The notes: generated by a model from the sequence alone, not told the origin. A stretch of 62,726 nt of DNA, filler included, from Squatina squatina (GCA_031763465.1; 3 parts of 3 records of this genome joined end to end with filler, not necessarily neighbours in it), one strand, 5' to 3'. Numbered from the whole stretch's first letter, positions 38,998 through 52,755 are shown. Program-made: numbers and translations.

Positions 38998-39248
38998 NNN
39001 NNNNNNNNNNNNNNNNNNNNNNNNNNNNNNNNNNNNNNNNNNNNNNNNNNNNNNNNNNNNNNNNNNNNNNNNNNNNNNNNNNNNNNNNNNNNNNNNNTGC
39101 TATAATTTTGGAAGGGCCGCAAGTTGGGCTGGGGCTCTGATACGCCAGGAGATTTCTGCGGGGTCTTTGAAGGGTGCCGCTTCCAACCGCCCCACATGCC
39201 CTGCAGTGTAAAAAAGAGAGGCGGGGATGGTGGGACATTCAGACCAGG

Positions 39249-39320
39249 AGAAAGAAAAAAAAAGAAAAGGAAACAAGAAAGGAAAAAAGAAAGAAAGGAA
39301 ACAAGAAAGAAAGAAAGAAA
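39249..39320. repeat. A/G-rich (GAAA)n low-complexity repeat
   Basis: Seen directly in the sequence. Confidence 0.85.
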
Positions 39321-40473
39321 TTCACTGATGGAATGTAGGAAACGCAGCATACTTGCGGATGGGGGTTCCACCTGATCATGGCCTGGACCTGTTAAAAACC
39401 AGGATTTATTTTTCAAGATTCTTAAAATGGGGCACCCTCCCCCACAACTGGTGCACTCCTCCATATTTTTTGGCCTCCTGAAGCCAGGCAGTGTGTGGGC
39501 ACCCATCTGCTTTAGTCAAGTTAAGCTTATGTCAGGATGTTGACCTTGCTGGTTTCGAGACCTCAGTATTTGTATAGCTGGAATTGTGGAGTTAATCAAA
39601 TGTCTTAGGTGCACAAGTAGATAATCACCAGTTTGAGTGAGGCTCAGTCAGAGTGCTAAATAGTTACAGAGGCCACACTAACCCATTCATTACTTACAGC
39701 TGGTCAAGCTCTCAAAATTATTACAAAGCTCTATGTGAGACCCTCTATTTTGCAGAAGTCGATGTCAGGTTAGTAATTAGTAGTAAAACCAGAAGTTTAC
39801 TCATTTAGCCTTGCATTATGATAAAAGACAGGACCCTTTCTTTCAAGAATGAATGGTGCTAACAAAAAGATAAATTAATTTGAATAGCAAAGCTTGCAAA
39901 CACAGAAAAAAGGAATGTACATGCTACAAAAAACAGCAGATGGTGAGGAGTATGTTTAAAAGTGTAACACAATCTCAGCATTTCTGATGACGATAATCCA
40001 CTTAAGTTTTACTCCTGCAGTTCATGATATCCTCAGAACCTCTGTACTGTGTCACTTCTTGTTATCCATTCCCATTTGGCTATTATTCTCCATGAATTAT
40101 TTGTAACTCTAGTAGCAGGAGAATACTTTTAAACTTTGGACATCTACAAAAAGCTATCTATAGAATAAAAAGTAANNNNNNNNNNCTTTTCCTTTGTCTT
40201 TCTGTTATTTTTGTCTGGTTTATTCAGTAGAAAGGAATACGGAACATTAAAGTAGCTTCTTTAATGCCATAAATCCAGCACCTGTTCTTTCAAATGAACA
40301 GCACATGTGATTAAAGAATATGTAGAAAGCACAAATACTTCAGCTCCTTCGTGTACTGTTTCTGAAAATCTGTCATCTCTCCAGCATCTGGTAGAATGAT
40401 TCACACAAAGGAGCAATATATTAAGGTAACTTTCAATACAACAATAGCTAAGGCAATTTCAAGGCAAATATAT

Positions 40474-41144
40474 AGGGGGAAAATTTTTGGTCTTTTGTGC
40501 CTCCCATTCCCCTGGCTTTTTGCCCGGACATGGCACTGCTACCGAAATTCCGCGGGAGTTTACCGTCGGCACCAACCCATAGCATCCCGCTCCTACCAGT
40601 AGCGCCCAGGGCACTGCGCCGGTGATGACACTGGCAACACCAGGCGCAGCCATCCGTTTTCACCCCGGAGCAAAAATTCGGTAGCGCCCCATGAGGCTGC
40701 CATGGGCAATGTCCGCGACAGCTTCGCAGGGCTGTAGGCCACTCACGGGGCAAAAATTAAAGGAGAGGTACGCACTGAAAATTAAAGAAATGGCCGACTT
40801 ACTGGTCGTGGCTTTCTTTAGTGCAGATCGTGGGGTCCTGTGCCACGATCTTGTAGCCCGGCGCTCCGCTTGTGTGTCAGGCTGCTGTCACGGCATCCCA
40901 CTCTCCCTGGTGGTCTAGCGATGGCCCCTTCTCCCTCCTGCAGAGTCGGCAGCTTGGCCCTCCCCTTTAATGGAAGGGGAGGGCACTGTCTTCCCGCCAG
41001 CGCGATGTGCCCCACAACGTAGCACTGGAAAATTTGCATTGCTTAGTGCCTCGGACCCGCCTCCGAGAGGAAGTGGAGTGCGAGGTTTTGCGCTACACCT
41101 CCTCTCGGGGGCGGTAAGCCCAATACAGCTCGCAGGGCGGGACT
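40474..41144. mobile_element. GC/CpG-rich non-autonomous DNA element (Harbinger-like), putative
   Basis: Abrupt GC-rich segment starting GGGGGAAAATTTT with no credible ORF; truncated by the repeat at 41145. Confidence 0.45.
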
Positions 41145-42800
41145 TCTGACGAAGGGTCATCGACCCGAAACGTTGACTTTGTTTTTCTCTCCACAGATGC
41201 TGCCTGACCTGCTGAGTTTTNNNNNNNNNNNNNNNNNNNNNNNNNNNNNNNNNNNNNNNNNNNNNNNNNNNNNNNNNNNNNNNNNNNNNNNNNNNNNNNN
41301 NNNNNNNNNNNNNNNNNNNNTGATAAGCCGATAACACTAACAATAATGTTGCTGCATGCTGCAATAAGCAAGCAGCACAATGCAATCTTAAAACAATGTG
41401 AAACGTGATGTAAGCCCACAAACTCAATGTTAAATCATTTCTCTCAATTCTAAGGCTCTATTTTAAGGGCGATTGTGTATTTCAGAGCAAGACTGCTTCG
41501 CAGAATTGTGTTCAGTTTCAGAATTGTGTTTCCTGCTCAAGGGAGAAGGATTAAATTGAAAGTTTATTACCTTTAATCCCCCAGTGAGTTGTGACCATAA
41601 AACTGGGAAGTGTGCATCGATGTAAAACCGAGATAGTTTTCTATGTTTTTATATTTTACTTAGTGTTGCTCATTTTATTAAATAACCATCAGTGCCAACA
41701 AGTGTCCAAACCCTCCTCCAACTGAGTGAGCCATAGATTCCCCCGTGATTACTAATCACAGTTACTTTTGTTGCTACATTGACAGAAGGTTTACATGCTG
41801 CATGGACAGGTTTGTTTTCAAACACTGGTCTTGTGTGGATTGTTTGGAATAACAGCTTTAAGAACATAAGAGCAGCGCCTCTTTCTGTCTGTCACATGCA
41901 GATAAATGGCAGCATGATTGGGAGTCTCCAAACCAAGCCACTGAAAAATTAAAATCCAAATAGAAAATGCTGCAAATACAGAATGGGGTGCAAATCCGGT
42001 GAAACGCCTTGGGGTGTTTTACCACGTTAAAGGCATTATGGAAGTACAAGATGCTGTTGGCAATGCCGTGTTGTGTTGCTCACGATCCTCCTTGTTCTGA
42101 GCCCCTGTTACCTGCTCTCCATCTTGTGAGGAGACAACTTGACCCTAAAGAGACTGTCCTTACAGAAGCAGACCATAAGGAAGTGGAACTGAACAGAATG
42201 GCTTCAGTCTTGCTGATGTCAAAGAAGGTTCTTACTCATTCATGACTTACTTTTCCAACTTTGCACCACCAGCACCACATATCAGAGATATGCGGCCAAT
42301 GAATGGATAGAAGATCATGTACAGCAGATGCCCGAATTTTCAAAATATGTGCTGTGGGTGGATGAAGCTTCCCTGCATGGGTGAGCTTTGTCTACCAATG
42401 ATGCCGATGGCGGCCTCTTCCATTGGTGTCAGTGTCTGTACAGTGGCAAGAATGCCTCCAGTCCTCATACTCACCCTCCTGTTATGTGCCAGCTTCAGCC
42501 GAATGAAGAGNNNNNNNNNNTGTCCTGTTTAAGGGTTTTCAAGATGTATGAGGCAGTTTAGCAAAGTGTGCAGGTTGGTGGGGAAAAACAAGTGAGGACA
42601 AGACAGGGAAGTTAATGTGAGGGTAGTATCATGTTTTGAGGTTGTGAGTGCAAGCGAAAAGGAGGAGCAGTGATCTGTTCTGTGCTGACTTGAGGAGAAT
42701 CTTGGGAAGTTGGGAAGGGAAGGATTGATAGTGCTGAGGCTGAAGTAGGGTCCAGTAGGGCTGTGTGGAGAGTAACAGAGATGTGAAGGGCAAAGTGAGT

Positions 42801-42900
42801 NNNNNNNNNNNNNNNNNNNNNNNNNNNNNNNNNNNNNNNNNNNNTTAATTAATTAANNNNNNNNNNNNNNNNNNNNNNNNNNNNNNNNNNNNNNNNNNNN
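42801..42900. other. Artificial scaffold spacer: 44 N + TTAATTAATTAA + 44 N
   Basis: Identical in structure to 16423-16522. Confidence 0.95.
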
Positions 42901-43762
42901 GATGTCATTATAATTATAACTATAAGATTAATTTAAAGATTTAAGCACTGTGTGAAATAATTATCCAGATATTTTTACAATGGCATTAAATTCCTTACAT
43001 TTGCAATCAAAATAATTCTCCAAGCTCCAGTGAACTTCATTGACCATTTCTGCGAAGATCAGCTTCACATTTACTTTAATAAAAGGCTGCACATCCATAG
43101 CTCTAATCGACTCTTGACATGCCTGAAAAAATGCTTAACTCAGTATAAAAAAGGCATTGATTAGTCAAACAAGTAGGATCCACTCTTCATTGTACTCACA
43201 AATCTCTTTCCTTATGTACATGGTACCAGGAACTTTATCACTGAGACCCCTTTAAAGGTCATTGCCTGCATACTGGGCAGTAGCAATGGAATGCTTGAAA
43301 CAAGACTCCAGCAAAGGGTTGGCCTGAAGGGCTACATTGTGCAACATGTGCATTTTTGATGTTACTTTTAAAGGATCAGTACTAACATACTATCACAGAA
43401 CTCTGTAATAAAAGTTACAAGGACGAAGCGTGGCTTAACTGGTGTGGTCAAACAATTCTGTCACAGTTCTTAGGTGGGTAGGTACAACAATCCTGTCTTG
43501 GTACATGTTGGCATATGGAATTTGATTAATTCAGCTTCTGAAAGGTGTTCATGTTTAGTTTGTTCGATATAGGGAAAAATGTGGTTGGTATCATTGGAGA
43601 GAGACAGACAGGCAGACAGATTTCACTTAGCAACAGCTGGTGTTTTGCAACCAACCAGATTANNNNNNNNNNNNNNNNNNNNNNNNNNNNNNNNNNNNNN
43701 NNNNNNNNNNNNNNNNNNNNNNNNNNNNNNNNNNNNNNNNNNNNNNNNNNNNNNNNNNNNNN

Positions 43763-43870
43763 TGGGAAAAGAGCAGGAGAGTGGGACTAATCGGAACGCT
43801 CTAGCAGAGAGCCGGAACAGGCATAATGGGCCGAATGGCCTCCTTCTGTGCTGAATGATTCGATGATGAT
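43763..43870 (+). mobile_element. CR1 LINE extreme 3' end
   Basis: GKRAGEWD* followed by GGGCCGAATGGCCTCCTTCTGTGCTG. Confidence 0.75.
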
Positions 43871-45214
43871 TTTATGTGAGACTGCCTGGGAATTACAAGA
43901 ACAGCGCTACATCCGAGCTGGGAGTACTTGACATCTTGAACACTGTCACAGGATAAAAAGGGAAAAGTGTGGCATTCCCCAGGACTGTCACCTCTCATAC
44001 TGAAAAACATAAAATTCGCCTCTAAACAAGAGTAAAAATGAATAAATAAGATGCTATTGTGGTAAGATGTGAGGTCCCGGCAGTGGGTGACACTCAAATC
44101 CCCCAGCCACATGCATGATGTCTTTTGTCAGCTCTTGGCTAGGTGCCTAGGTACAATGCCTCATGGAACCATTTCAGTTGCCAGATTGGCTTCAACATGA
44201 ATAACCAACGTTGCATTTTAGTCCCTGGTGAACCATGTGTAATATCGTAAGTGAAGAAGCAAACAAAACGAGTACAGATTCCACCATATTCCCCACAGAA
44301 ACAGGCTTTTCCTCATTCAAAGCACAGCTCTTATACCTGGGANNNNNNNNNNNNNNNNNNNNNNNNNNNNNNNNNNNNNNNNNNNNNNNNNNNNNNNNNN
44401 NNNNNNNNNNNNNNNNNNNNNNNNNNNNNNNNNNNNNNNNNNTGTATTGAAACAAAGTTCCAAGTTCTCAGAACAAAAACAGAGTTGGGGCGATATACGG
44501 CAGTTTAGTATATATTAGAACAGATGCCCTTAGCCCTCTGCTCTGTCTAGTTTGCACCAACGAGGACAGAATCGAGGCTTCAGGAATAGACATCAGCTCA
44601 AATTCAGATTTTAGGAATCAAACCCCTCAACTAGTAAACCTGTGAGTAGAACATTTCAGGATAGGTAGAATTCAGCTTGGATGAACATTTTCCAACATCA
44701 GTGCTGGTAATAAAGGGTTTTGTCTCAATTTCTAGCTGACTCTCAAATATTTAGATGATTCTTCTTCCAAGCCCTTACTCAACTCCCCACCACCCCACTC
44801 CATAGCCGTCTACCAGCCCTCTATCCTTAACCCAAGCTGGGCAATAGCTCAACTGTACCAGTTAAGGAGTTAGGATTTACTAGTTAGAAGTGCTGTCCTG
44901 TCCACTCCAGTTAAATGCAGATCAAAGCCAAAATTCATTGTAGTTTCTTTCATCCATGTTAAGTACAAAAGCAGTTCAACAGACTGGTGCACTTATAGTT
45001 AGTAAAGGTGCATCACCTTCTGTATTTTTTGAGATGGAGAAAGAGAATTAGCTTTAAATTTGATACACATGAAAATCTCTCAACGTATGCATCGTATATT
45101 TGGCAATGATACAAAAAATGAGGGATGTCGACTTGCTGCATTGGGGAGGTACGCTGAATCTAGCCCAAAAATCAATGCAAATGAAGGCTTGCACAAAAGA
45201 ATTGAGTTGATCAT

Positions 45215-46440
45215 GAAATTACATTCACATAATGCCTTTAATGTAGAAAAGTGCTTAGAGGCATTAAGAAAAAAAATGCCAAGATGAGAAAGGAAGAGAT
45301 ATTAGAAGGTGTGACCACAAGCTTGGTCAAAGAACTAGATTTTAAAGGAGGGTCTTAAAGGAGGTGGTGAAATTAAGGAGTTTAGGGAGGAAATTCCAGA
45401 GTATGGGGGCCTGGGTAGTTGAAGATGCAGCTGCCAACAGTGGAACAAATGTAAGTGGGATGCACAAGTGGCCAGAGTCAGTGAAACAGGCAGTTCTGGA
45501 AGGACCTGTAAGGTTGGAGGAGGTTCTGGAGATATGCACGAGTGAGGCGATTTAAGCACAAAGATGAGAACTTCAAGCTTGACGCGTTGGGGGACGGGGA
45601 GCCTATGTTGGTCAGCAAGGACAGGGGTGATGGATAAGCAGGATAGGGTTGGGCAGCAGAGTTTTGGATGAGCTGGTTTATGGAGGGTGGAGGATGAAGT
45701 CCAGCCAGGAAAGCATTGGAAAAATTCAGTCTGCAATTAACAAATGTATAAATTAGTGTTTCAGCAGCAAGTTGGCTGAGGTGAGCAATGTTATGGAAAT
45801 GGGAGTGATGGAGAGGATGTAAAGTTTGAAGCTCAGCTGAGGTCAAAGATGACAAAGAGATGTAGAGGTTTTGAAAGGCCTGGTTCAGGTTGGGACAGTG
45901 GCAGGAATGGGGATGGAGTTAATGACAAGGACAAAGGCTATGGCTTTGGTGTTCACAAAATTTTAATGGAAGAAGTTAGCACTCATTCAAAACTGGATGT
46001 TGGACAAGCAGTCTGACAGCAAGAGCTTGTAGAGAGTGAAGAGATACAAGTGGGTGTCATTAGCATATGTGTGGAAGCTGATCGTCCGTCTGTGGATAAT
46101 GTTGCTATGGGGCATCATGTAGATGACGAAGAGTTAAGAATGGTTGCTTGGGGGTCTCTAGACGTGACAAGTGTAGGGGTGGAAAGAGAAACCATTGCGA
46201 GAGATGCTCGGGCTATGAATGAGACCGAACAAGGGCAGTCGCATGGAGCTAAACAACACTCATTGGTTGATGGAAGAGTTTTGTGCATTCAACTATGTTA
46301 AAGACGGCTGAGAGATCAAAGCGGACGATGAGGGAGAATGCACCACTATTGGTCACAGAGAATGCTGATTGTGACTTTGGTTGGGGCCGTTTTGGTGCTG
46401 TGGGTGAGGGGTGCACAGATTTGGGAGGTGACAACAAAAC
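45215..46440 (-). mobile_element. L2 LINE, degenerate RT and C-terminal region
   Basis: SLIVRFDLSAVFNIVE (compare LLDLSAAFDTVDH) and AAETLIYTFVNCRLNFSNAFLAGL..LIQNSAA (compare AETLIHAFVTSRLDYxNxLLAGL..LIQNSAAR). Confidence 0.85.
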
Positions 46441-46464
46441 ACAATGAGACATCCGAAATGAGCA

Positions 46465-46732
46465 AGGCTGAGCTGTGGCTCAGTGGGCAGCACTCTCGCT
46501 TCTGCATCAGAAGCACAAAAATCTAGGCAGTACTGAGGGAGTGCTGCTGCACTGATGGAAGTGCTGTCTCTCGGCTAAAGTGTTAAACCGAGGCCCCGTC
46601 TGCCCTCAGGTGGACATAAAAGATCCCATGGCACTATTTCAAAGAAGAGCAGCGGAGTTATTCCTGGTGTCCTGGCCAATATTTATCCCTCAACCAACAT
46701 AACGGCATATAAATGCAAGTCTTTCTTTCTTT
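46465..46732 (+). mobile_element. SacSINE1/Deu-domain tRNA SINE
   Basis: tRNA-like head GGCTCAGTGGGCAGCACTCTCGC, core GTTAAACCGAGGCCCCGTCTGCCCTCAGGTGGACATAAAAGATCCCATGGCACTATTTCAAAGAAGAGCAG and tail ATATAAATGCAAGTCTTTCTTTCTTT. Confidence 0.85.
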
Positions 46733-47884
46733 GTTGTTTGGACAGGAGGGAGAGAGACTCTGTTGTTGGGAGGTGGGCCATCTCTGGCTATGCTGGAAAT
46801 GGGAGGGATAATTGATGTCAGGAATTAGTGGTCGCTCGTTATAAAACAGTACAGCCTCTGACTCATGTGGATAACATTACAGAATGTCTATTAGTCATTT
46901 AAAAGGGAAATAAAAACCAGCAGTGATATAAATCAGATGCATAACTTGATGCATCAGTGTTTATTCAAAACAAAAGGCTCGGTTGTGCGGCCAAATCCTT
47001 CTTTTTCAGTGAACCACAGAAGCCACATTATTTTTATTGCCCACAATAAAGTCAAAGCCGTTATTTCTTTTTATTATATATATACGGTCATAGAAGCGAA
47101 CATCCTGAATGGATTGAGAACTTGCAACACTTTGTTTCAAGTCGGGTTTGGAAAGTTGATTTATTTTTGAAAGTTTCCGGAAAATAGGCCAACAAGTAGA
47201 AAGCTGCTCACTTCATACGTGAGGAAAGCTCCTTGTATCAGAGCTATGGATGAAAACTGTTCATAAACATGTTGTTACAATTCAGGCTTTTACTCAGCAC
47301 TTGCTGTCATGTTCTTAGCTACATAATGATTTCCATAAGCATCTTGAGTTCCTTATAAACCAAAACCTCCAATGTAACCTTGCCTTCTACATAATTGTGT
47401 TCCAAGGTTTAGAGATTAATCCCAAAACACTGGAGAATATATAGGATGTCATGTTCTCCTGTCATTTGAAAAGGCAGAAATAATTTCTTATTGGAACAAT
47501 GAGTACAGGCTAAAACTGCTTGGCCAGATTTATTTACAAATGAAAGAATACATTGAAATAATACATAGAAACAAGGAGACATTAAAAGTAGAATAACCAC
47601 ATTTTAGCAATATATAAACTGTTTCAACACAAGAAAAGAGGAAGTCCAAAATTTTCGCAGTTCATTTCGGCAACTTCTGAGTAAGTCTCTGATGAGAGTT
47701 ACATGAAAAATGTTTCCTTATGGAATCACTCTTAGCCCCAATGTGTGGACGCAGGAAAGAACAGGGAACTGAAGACAGCGTGGAAGATNNNNNNNNNNCC
47801 ATTAATGAAAAAAGTAGACCCTTTGAAGATTGTCCTTAGAAAATATATTTTGTAGCAAAGCGCACTTTAATTATACAGGAAATG

Positions 47885-48190
47885 ATTATAATTTTGGGGA
47901 TGTACACACCTTCCCAGAATAAAGGCACCTCATCACAACCTCAAGACGCTTTGCATTCTAAGATCATTTTTGAAGTTGTTGTGTAGGCCAATTTGCACAC
48001 AAGAATGTCCCCCAAAACACCAAAAGAGATAAAAGTGATAAATGACCAATTAATCTTTTTTTGGAGGTGTTGGCTGAGGGAAGGAATAATGGCTAAGGCA
48101 TTGCTGTTTTTTTGAATAGTGACGTGGACCTTTTGCGTCGTACTCACTGACCAGGCAGGCTGGATCTCGGTTTAACGTCTCATCCAAAGC
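47885..48190 (-). mobile_element. SacSINE1/Deu-domain SINE, degraded
   Basis: Reverse-complement similarity to the 29736 and 46465 copies (CTCGGTTTAACGTCTCATCC; GCCAATTTGCACACA). Confidence 0.65.
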
Positions 48191-49348
48191 AATCAAAGAT
48201 GAAATTACATTTTGAGACAGCCCTCACCAAGGGGAATTCACATAGAAAAGCAATATATGGAGGACCCGAAGGATACAAACAATGGACAGTATTTCGTGTA
48301 GTTCAATAATTCAATATGCATCACAACAACACAGAAACCTCATAGACACACCAATTGCGACCTCAATTTTCAATTTTGGCGAGGCAGGACAGCTTCCATT
48401 TTAATTCTAGTCATTTTAAAGACTTAATTAAATAGAGACATAAAATTCCCTATTCTTTTCTAAAATCTTTTCTGCATATCATTTCTGTTTAAATGCAACT
48501 CAACAGAATAAAATTCTCTTCCATTCTGACAAAGTTATTCATGGACTTGCAACACTCTGTATCAAAATACATTTTCATGCCATATTAACACAACTGTTGC
48601 AATAATTACCGTCTCACACCTCTCATAATTAAAAAAGACATTTTGCTGTTTATAAGTTGCAAACCAGTTTACTTTTCCACATGAAGGCTTTCTTGTAAGT
48701 ATTAAGTTCAAACCCAGATTAGTACTGTGATGTAATATTTGAACACTAACTTTATTGATTCAAATATAGTATTTTAAATAATTAATATTTTTAATTAACC
48801 TTACATATGGNNNNNNNNNNNNNNNNNNNNNNNNNNNNNNNNNNNNNNNNNNNNNNNNNNNNNNNNNNNNNNNNNNNNNNNNNNNNNNNNNNNNNNNNNN
48901 NNNNNNNNNNNNNNNNNNNNNNNNNNNNNNNNNNNNNNNNNNNNNNNNNNNNNNNNNNNNNNNNNNNNNNNNNNNNNNNNNNNNNNNNNNNNNNNNNNNN
49001 NNNNNNNNNNNNNNNNNNNNNNNNNNNNNNNNNNNNNNNNNNNNNNNNNNNNNNNNNNNNNNNNNNNNNNNNNNNNNNNNNNNNNNNNNNNNNNNNNNNN
49101 NNNNNNNNNNNNNNNNNNNNNNNNNNNNNNNNNNNNNNNNNNNNNNNNNNNNNNNNNNNNNNNNNNNNNNNNNNNNNNNNNNNNNNNNNNNNNNNNNNNN
49201 NNNNNNNNNNNNNNNNNNNNNNNNNNNNNNNNNNNNNNNNNNNNNNNNNNNNNNNNNNNNNNNNNNNNNNNNNNNNNNNNNNNNNNNNNNNNNNNNNNNN
49301 NNNNNNNNNNNNNNNNNNNNNNNNNNNNNNNNNNNNNNNNNNNNNNNA

Positions 49349-49530
49349 AGAGTTTCCCACTCGTTCTGTAAGTTAGCTCGACTCCAGTGGGGAGCTTCAT
49401 GGAGATGGGATGGAGTGTTGCAGCAAGGAATATGGAGAAGAGTGTCGGTGCGATGACACAGCCTTGCTTAACCCCAGTGCTGACTTGTATTGGATCTGTT
49501 GTTGTGCTATTGCTGAGAATCACAGCTATA
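49349..49530 (-). mobile_element. RTE-clade LINE reverse transcriptase fragment
   Basis: DPIQVSTGVKQGCVIAPTLFSIFL..GVELTYRTSGKL; GVKQGCVxAPTLF is typical of RTE elements. Confidence 0.88.
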
Positions 49531-50094
49531 ATATAATGTGACACTGGTAAACAGCATGAAAATGTAAGTAGAGTTTAGTAGTTTATACAGTAAAGTCGTA
49601 GGAAGCAACAGTCAAAACCTCATACCCCAGAATAAAAAGCAGGAGGTGTCTGAGATGAAACATCACAGACTAATCCTTATGTTTCCACAGAACTGCAGTG
49701 TTGATTCAGAGAGAAATAAACTAACTACTCGCTTTTAAGTAGGCACTTCAAAATTTTAGATTTTGTTGGTTTAAAAAAGTGAACTTCTTCATTAAGTTAT
49801 TTAACCTGCTCCAAATCGACAAGTTGACAATGTGCAACTCTGCAAACACGAATCAACCATGTGTATATTGAGAGCTTTATTTGACAATTTCCCTTCATGT
49901 TTACAAATACTTTGTCATGTCAATAACTGGTTTTACTCCCTGTAAGGTGCTTAATAAATTAAACTTATTTTTATAATATTCAGAATTTATTGAGCTCTGG
50001 TTCAATGATCCAATATAATTATATGTCAATCAGTTGAGTTTCATGAAGACGCTGGGAAACACACTGTATTGTTTGATCTCAATTGGGACAATGA

Positions 50095-50231
50095 TGGAAG
50101 GTGGTTGTTGGAGGTCAATCATCATAGTCCCAGGACATCGCTGCAGGAGATCCTCATAATGGCAGAGCCCAGCACGTGAGTGCAAAAGACAAGGCTGAAA
50201 CGTTTGCAACCATCTTCAGCCAGAAGTGCCA
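50095..50231 (+). mobile_element. CR1-clade LINE fragments
   Basis: VVVGGQSS*SQDIAAG joined to GRAQHVSAKDKAETFATIFSQKC. Confidence 0.7.
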
Positions 50232-51448
50232 NNNNNNNNNNNNNNNNNNNNNNNNNNNNNNNNNNNNNNNNNNNNNNNNNNNNNNNNNNNNNNNNNNNNN
50301 NNNNNNNNNNNNNNNNNNNNNNNNNNNNNNNTGGGGGGAGAAATGCACACAGCCAACCTAGTGGTGGAGGGACCAAAAGGGGAAGCGGAGAAAAGTGAAA
50401 CATGAGCTGAAGTGAGGTGTGCCAGCATGAAATGGGAGAGGGGAAAGAAGTGGATCCATAAACTCTCATGGGAAGGGATTAGTGAACAATTTAGAAATCA
50501 GATTTAGCAACAGAAAGTAACAAAAATCACCATAATTTTCATCACTATCTTCCACTCTCTTCAGTGGTTAAGGTCTCTCCATTTCATTTCTTGAGTTAGA
50601 TAAATAATCACAGGTAGAATCACAAAAATAAAACTGCATTTCTTCATGATCATTGGGTGAAAATACAAGAACACATGGAGTCATTTGATTCATTCCTTCA
50701 ACAAACCACATACAACATAACTAGCAATGGATTCTATCCCACCTATTTAATCTTCCAAGGGAGAGTTGTGCGTTTAAAAAAAAATGTATTTGTTCTTCAG
50801 GGTATGGGTGACATTGACAAGACAGCATTTACTGTTCATCCATAGTTGTCCTGAGGGCATCAAGAGTCAACTACATGGTGTGGAACTGGAGTCATATGTG
50901 GGACAGACCAACTCGGATTGGCAGAGCCCTCTCTGAAGGAAGCTTTCATGGTGCTATTCCACAAATTATCAGAATTTTTAAATTTAATTCCACATACATT
51001 GCATAAGTACTCCCTGATCTCCAAAGGTAATTGAGTAAGCCTCCAGAATATCTATCCATCCCCACTTTACCTGTCTCTTCATTAAAAAATTCTCCTAGCC
51101 AGCTTTGTTAATTTGTAACTGTAAAATCATAACCAAGGTCTATCAGAGCAGGTGCAGGATCAAGAGAAAGACTAAACTGAAGTGAGTGTTCCCACATTCC
51201 CCATACTACTCTAGCATGCATGGACAACTTGATCTGAAGCCTTTAACTTATTCCCTATGAGCAGGGTGTTTCCAAATGGCTCACCACACATTGTTAGTGT
51301 GGGGTACACACCTACCATGTCTCCACGTGCTAACCATCGGATGGGTACAAAGGTGTTGCATCATTATTAAAGCACTTCAGTGTATTGAATAACTAATAGA
51401 TGCAAGAACATTTTCTGAGAATTTTCTTGTTGCTTTTTCATTCATTAG

Positions 51449-51522
51449 GGGAAGCAGTTATTATCGCCCAACCAGCACCTAGTTCAGCACCTGAAAACGC
51501 AGATGAAAAACAGCAGGTGTAA
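51449..51522 (+). CDS. Possible terminal coding exon of an unidentified gene
   Basis: Strong polypyrimidine acceptor ttttcttgttgctttttcattcattag followed by (G)EAVIIAQPAPSSAPENADEKQQV*. Confidence 0.35.
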
Positions 51523-52143
51523 CTACTCGTAAGAGAATTTGCGGGTTTTTGGCTTCTTGTCCTCACTAATGTCCTTGAGCTTGCAACCTAATGAATACTG
51601 CGCAGATCATAACATTGCTTTAAAAATTGCTCCATTAACTTCCTGATTGTTCACAGCCTCATCGTGCTAATGATTTTGTGGTCAAAATGGTTGTTCTTGT
51701 TATGCCATGTTTAACGGTTTTGTGTACAGAAAGCCTTTTTGAAGCAACCTACTAGAGTTTCAGACCCCTTAAATGCAAAGAGTGCATATTCTTCTGAAGC
51801 TCAGCTCAGAAATGTCCCATCTATGTTTGAAGGCCTCTGACTTTGCTTGCTTTGTATGTAATGCTATTGGCTACTTAATGAAGTCCTAAATAATTAGGAC
51901 TGGATGAATGTACAATGTTGCTTTTGGACAGCAGATTATTAGTGCATTTACATCTTAGCTGACTTTTAGCTCATTAACAATTTGCAAATTGAGCCCATTT
52001 ATAGGCTATAATTTAAGCATGTACTGTTCAAATCATATATCAAAATAATTCAGTTTTGATTGTTTTAATTTTGCACCAATATAATGCTTTAAATTCAATA
52101 ATGAATTATATTCGCTGCAGTAACAGTTTATTATATGTTAATA

Positions 52144-52755
52144 CAGTGGTTCTCAAACTTATTTTGGTTGAAGGAATCTTTTTCAACTGGATTTGTAATC
52201 ACAGACCCCCATCTAAATTATAATACCAAATACTAAATATAAAGTGCTGCATGTAAAGAGTGTTTTAATAATTCTTTTAAGAAAACAGGTATTTACTTAC
52301 AGATATCATTGAGATGGGTGTGCCTGCTTATCAATGCAGAGTTTGTCTATCCTTGGTGTGATGATTGACAAGTTCTGGATGCTCCGCAGCAACAGATGGC
52401 CACTATTGGCCGCTTACTGCTGGACAATCTTTAAAGCTGTCAGCAGGCTGGCCAAGGTGAGCGAGGGCACGAGCACCCGTGCATGTGCTGAGATGCTCGT
52501 GTTTGAAGGGCCCTGCAGACTCTCTGGTCACGTGCCAGGAGGAGTCACAGTGTCTGAGACAGATTGGCTCGTCCGACCGGGAACACTCATTGCAAAGTGA
52601 GTCAGAGCGGTGGGCCTCTGAGGAGGCTGGCCCAGCCGTTGAGAATAATTTGCAAGAACCGAATCAGAGTCTATTTTATAAAGAGGAAAAGCTTGAAATT
52701 ACCTCCGGTCGCAGGCCCCCTGGAAAGTCTGCGGACCCCAGTTTGAGAACCACTG
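52144..52755 (-). mobile_element. hAT (Charlie/Buster-type) internally deleted derivative
   Basis: Perfect 16-bp TIRs CAGTGGTTCTCAAACT (52144-52159) and AGTTTGAGAACCACTG (52740-52755). Minus strand at ~52306-52370 encodes SIITPRIDKLCIDKQAHPSQ*, a typical Charlie transposase C-terminus. Confidence 0.85.
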
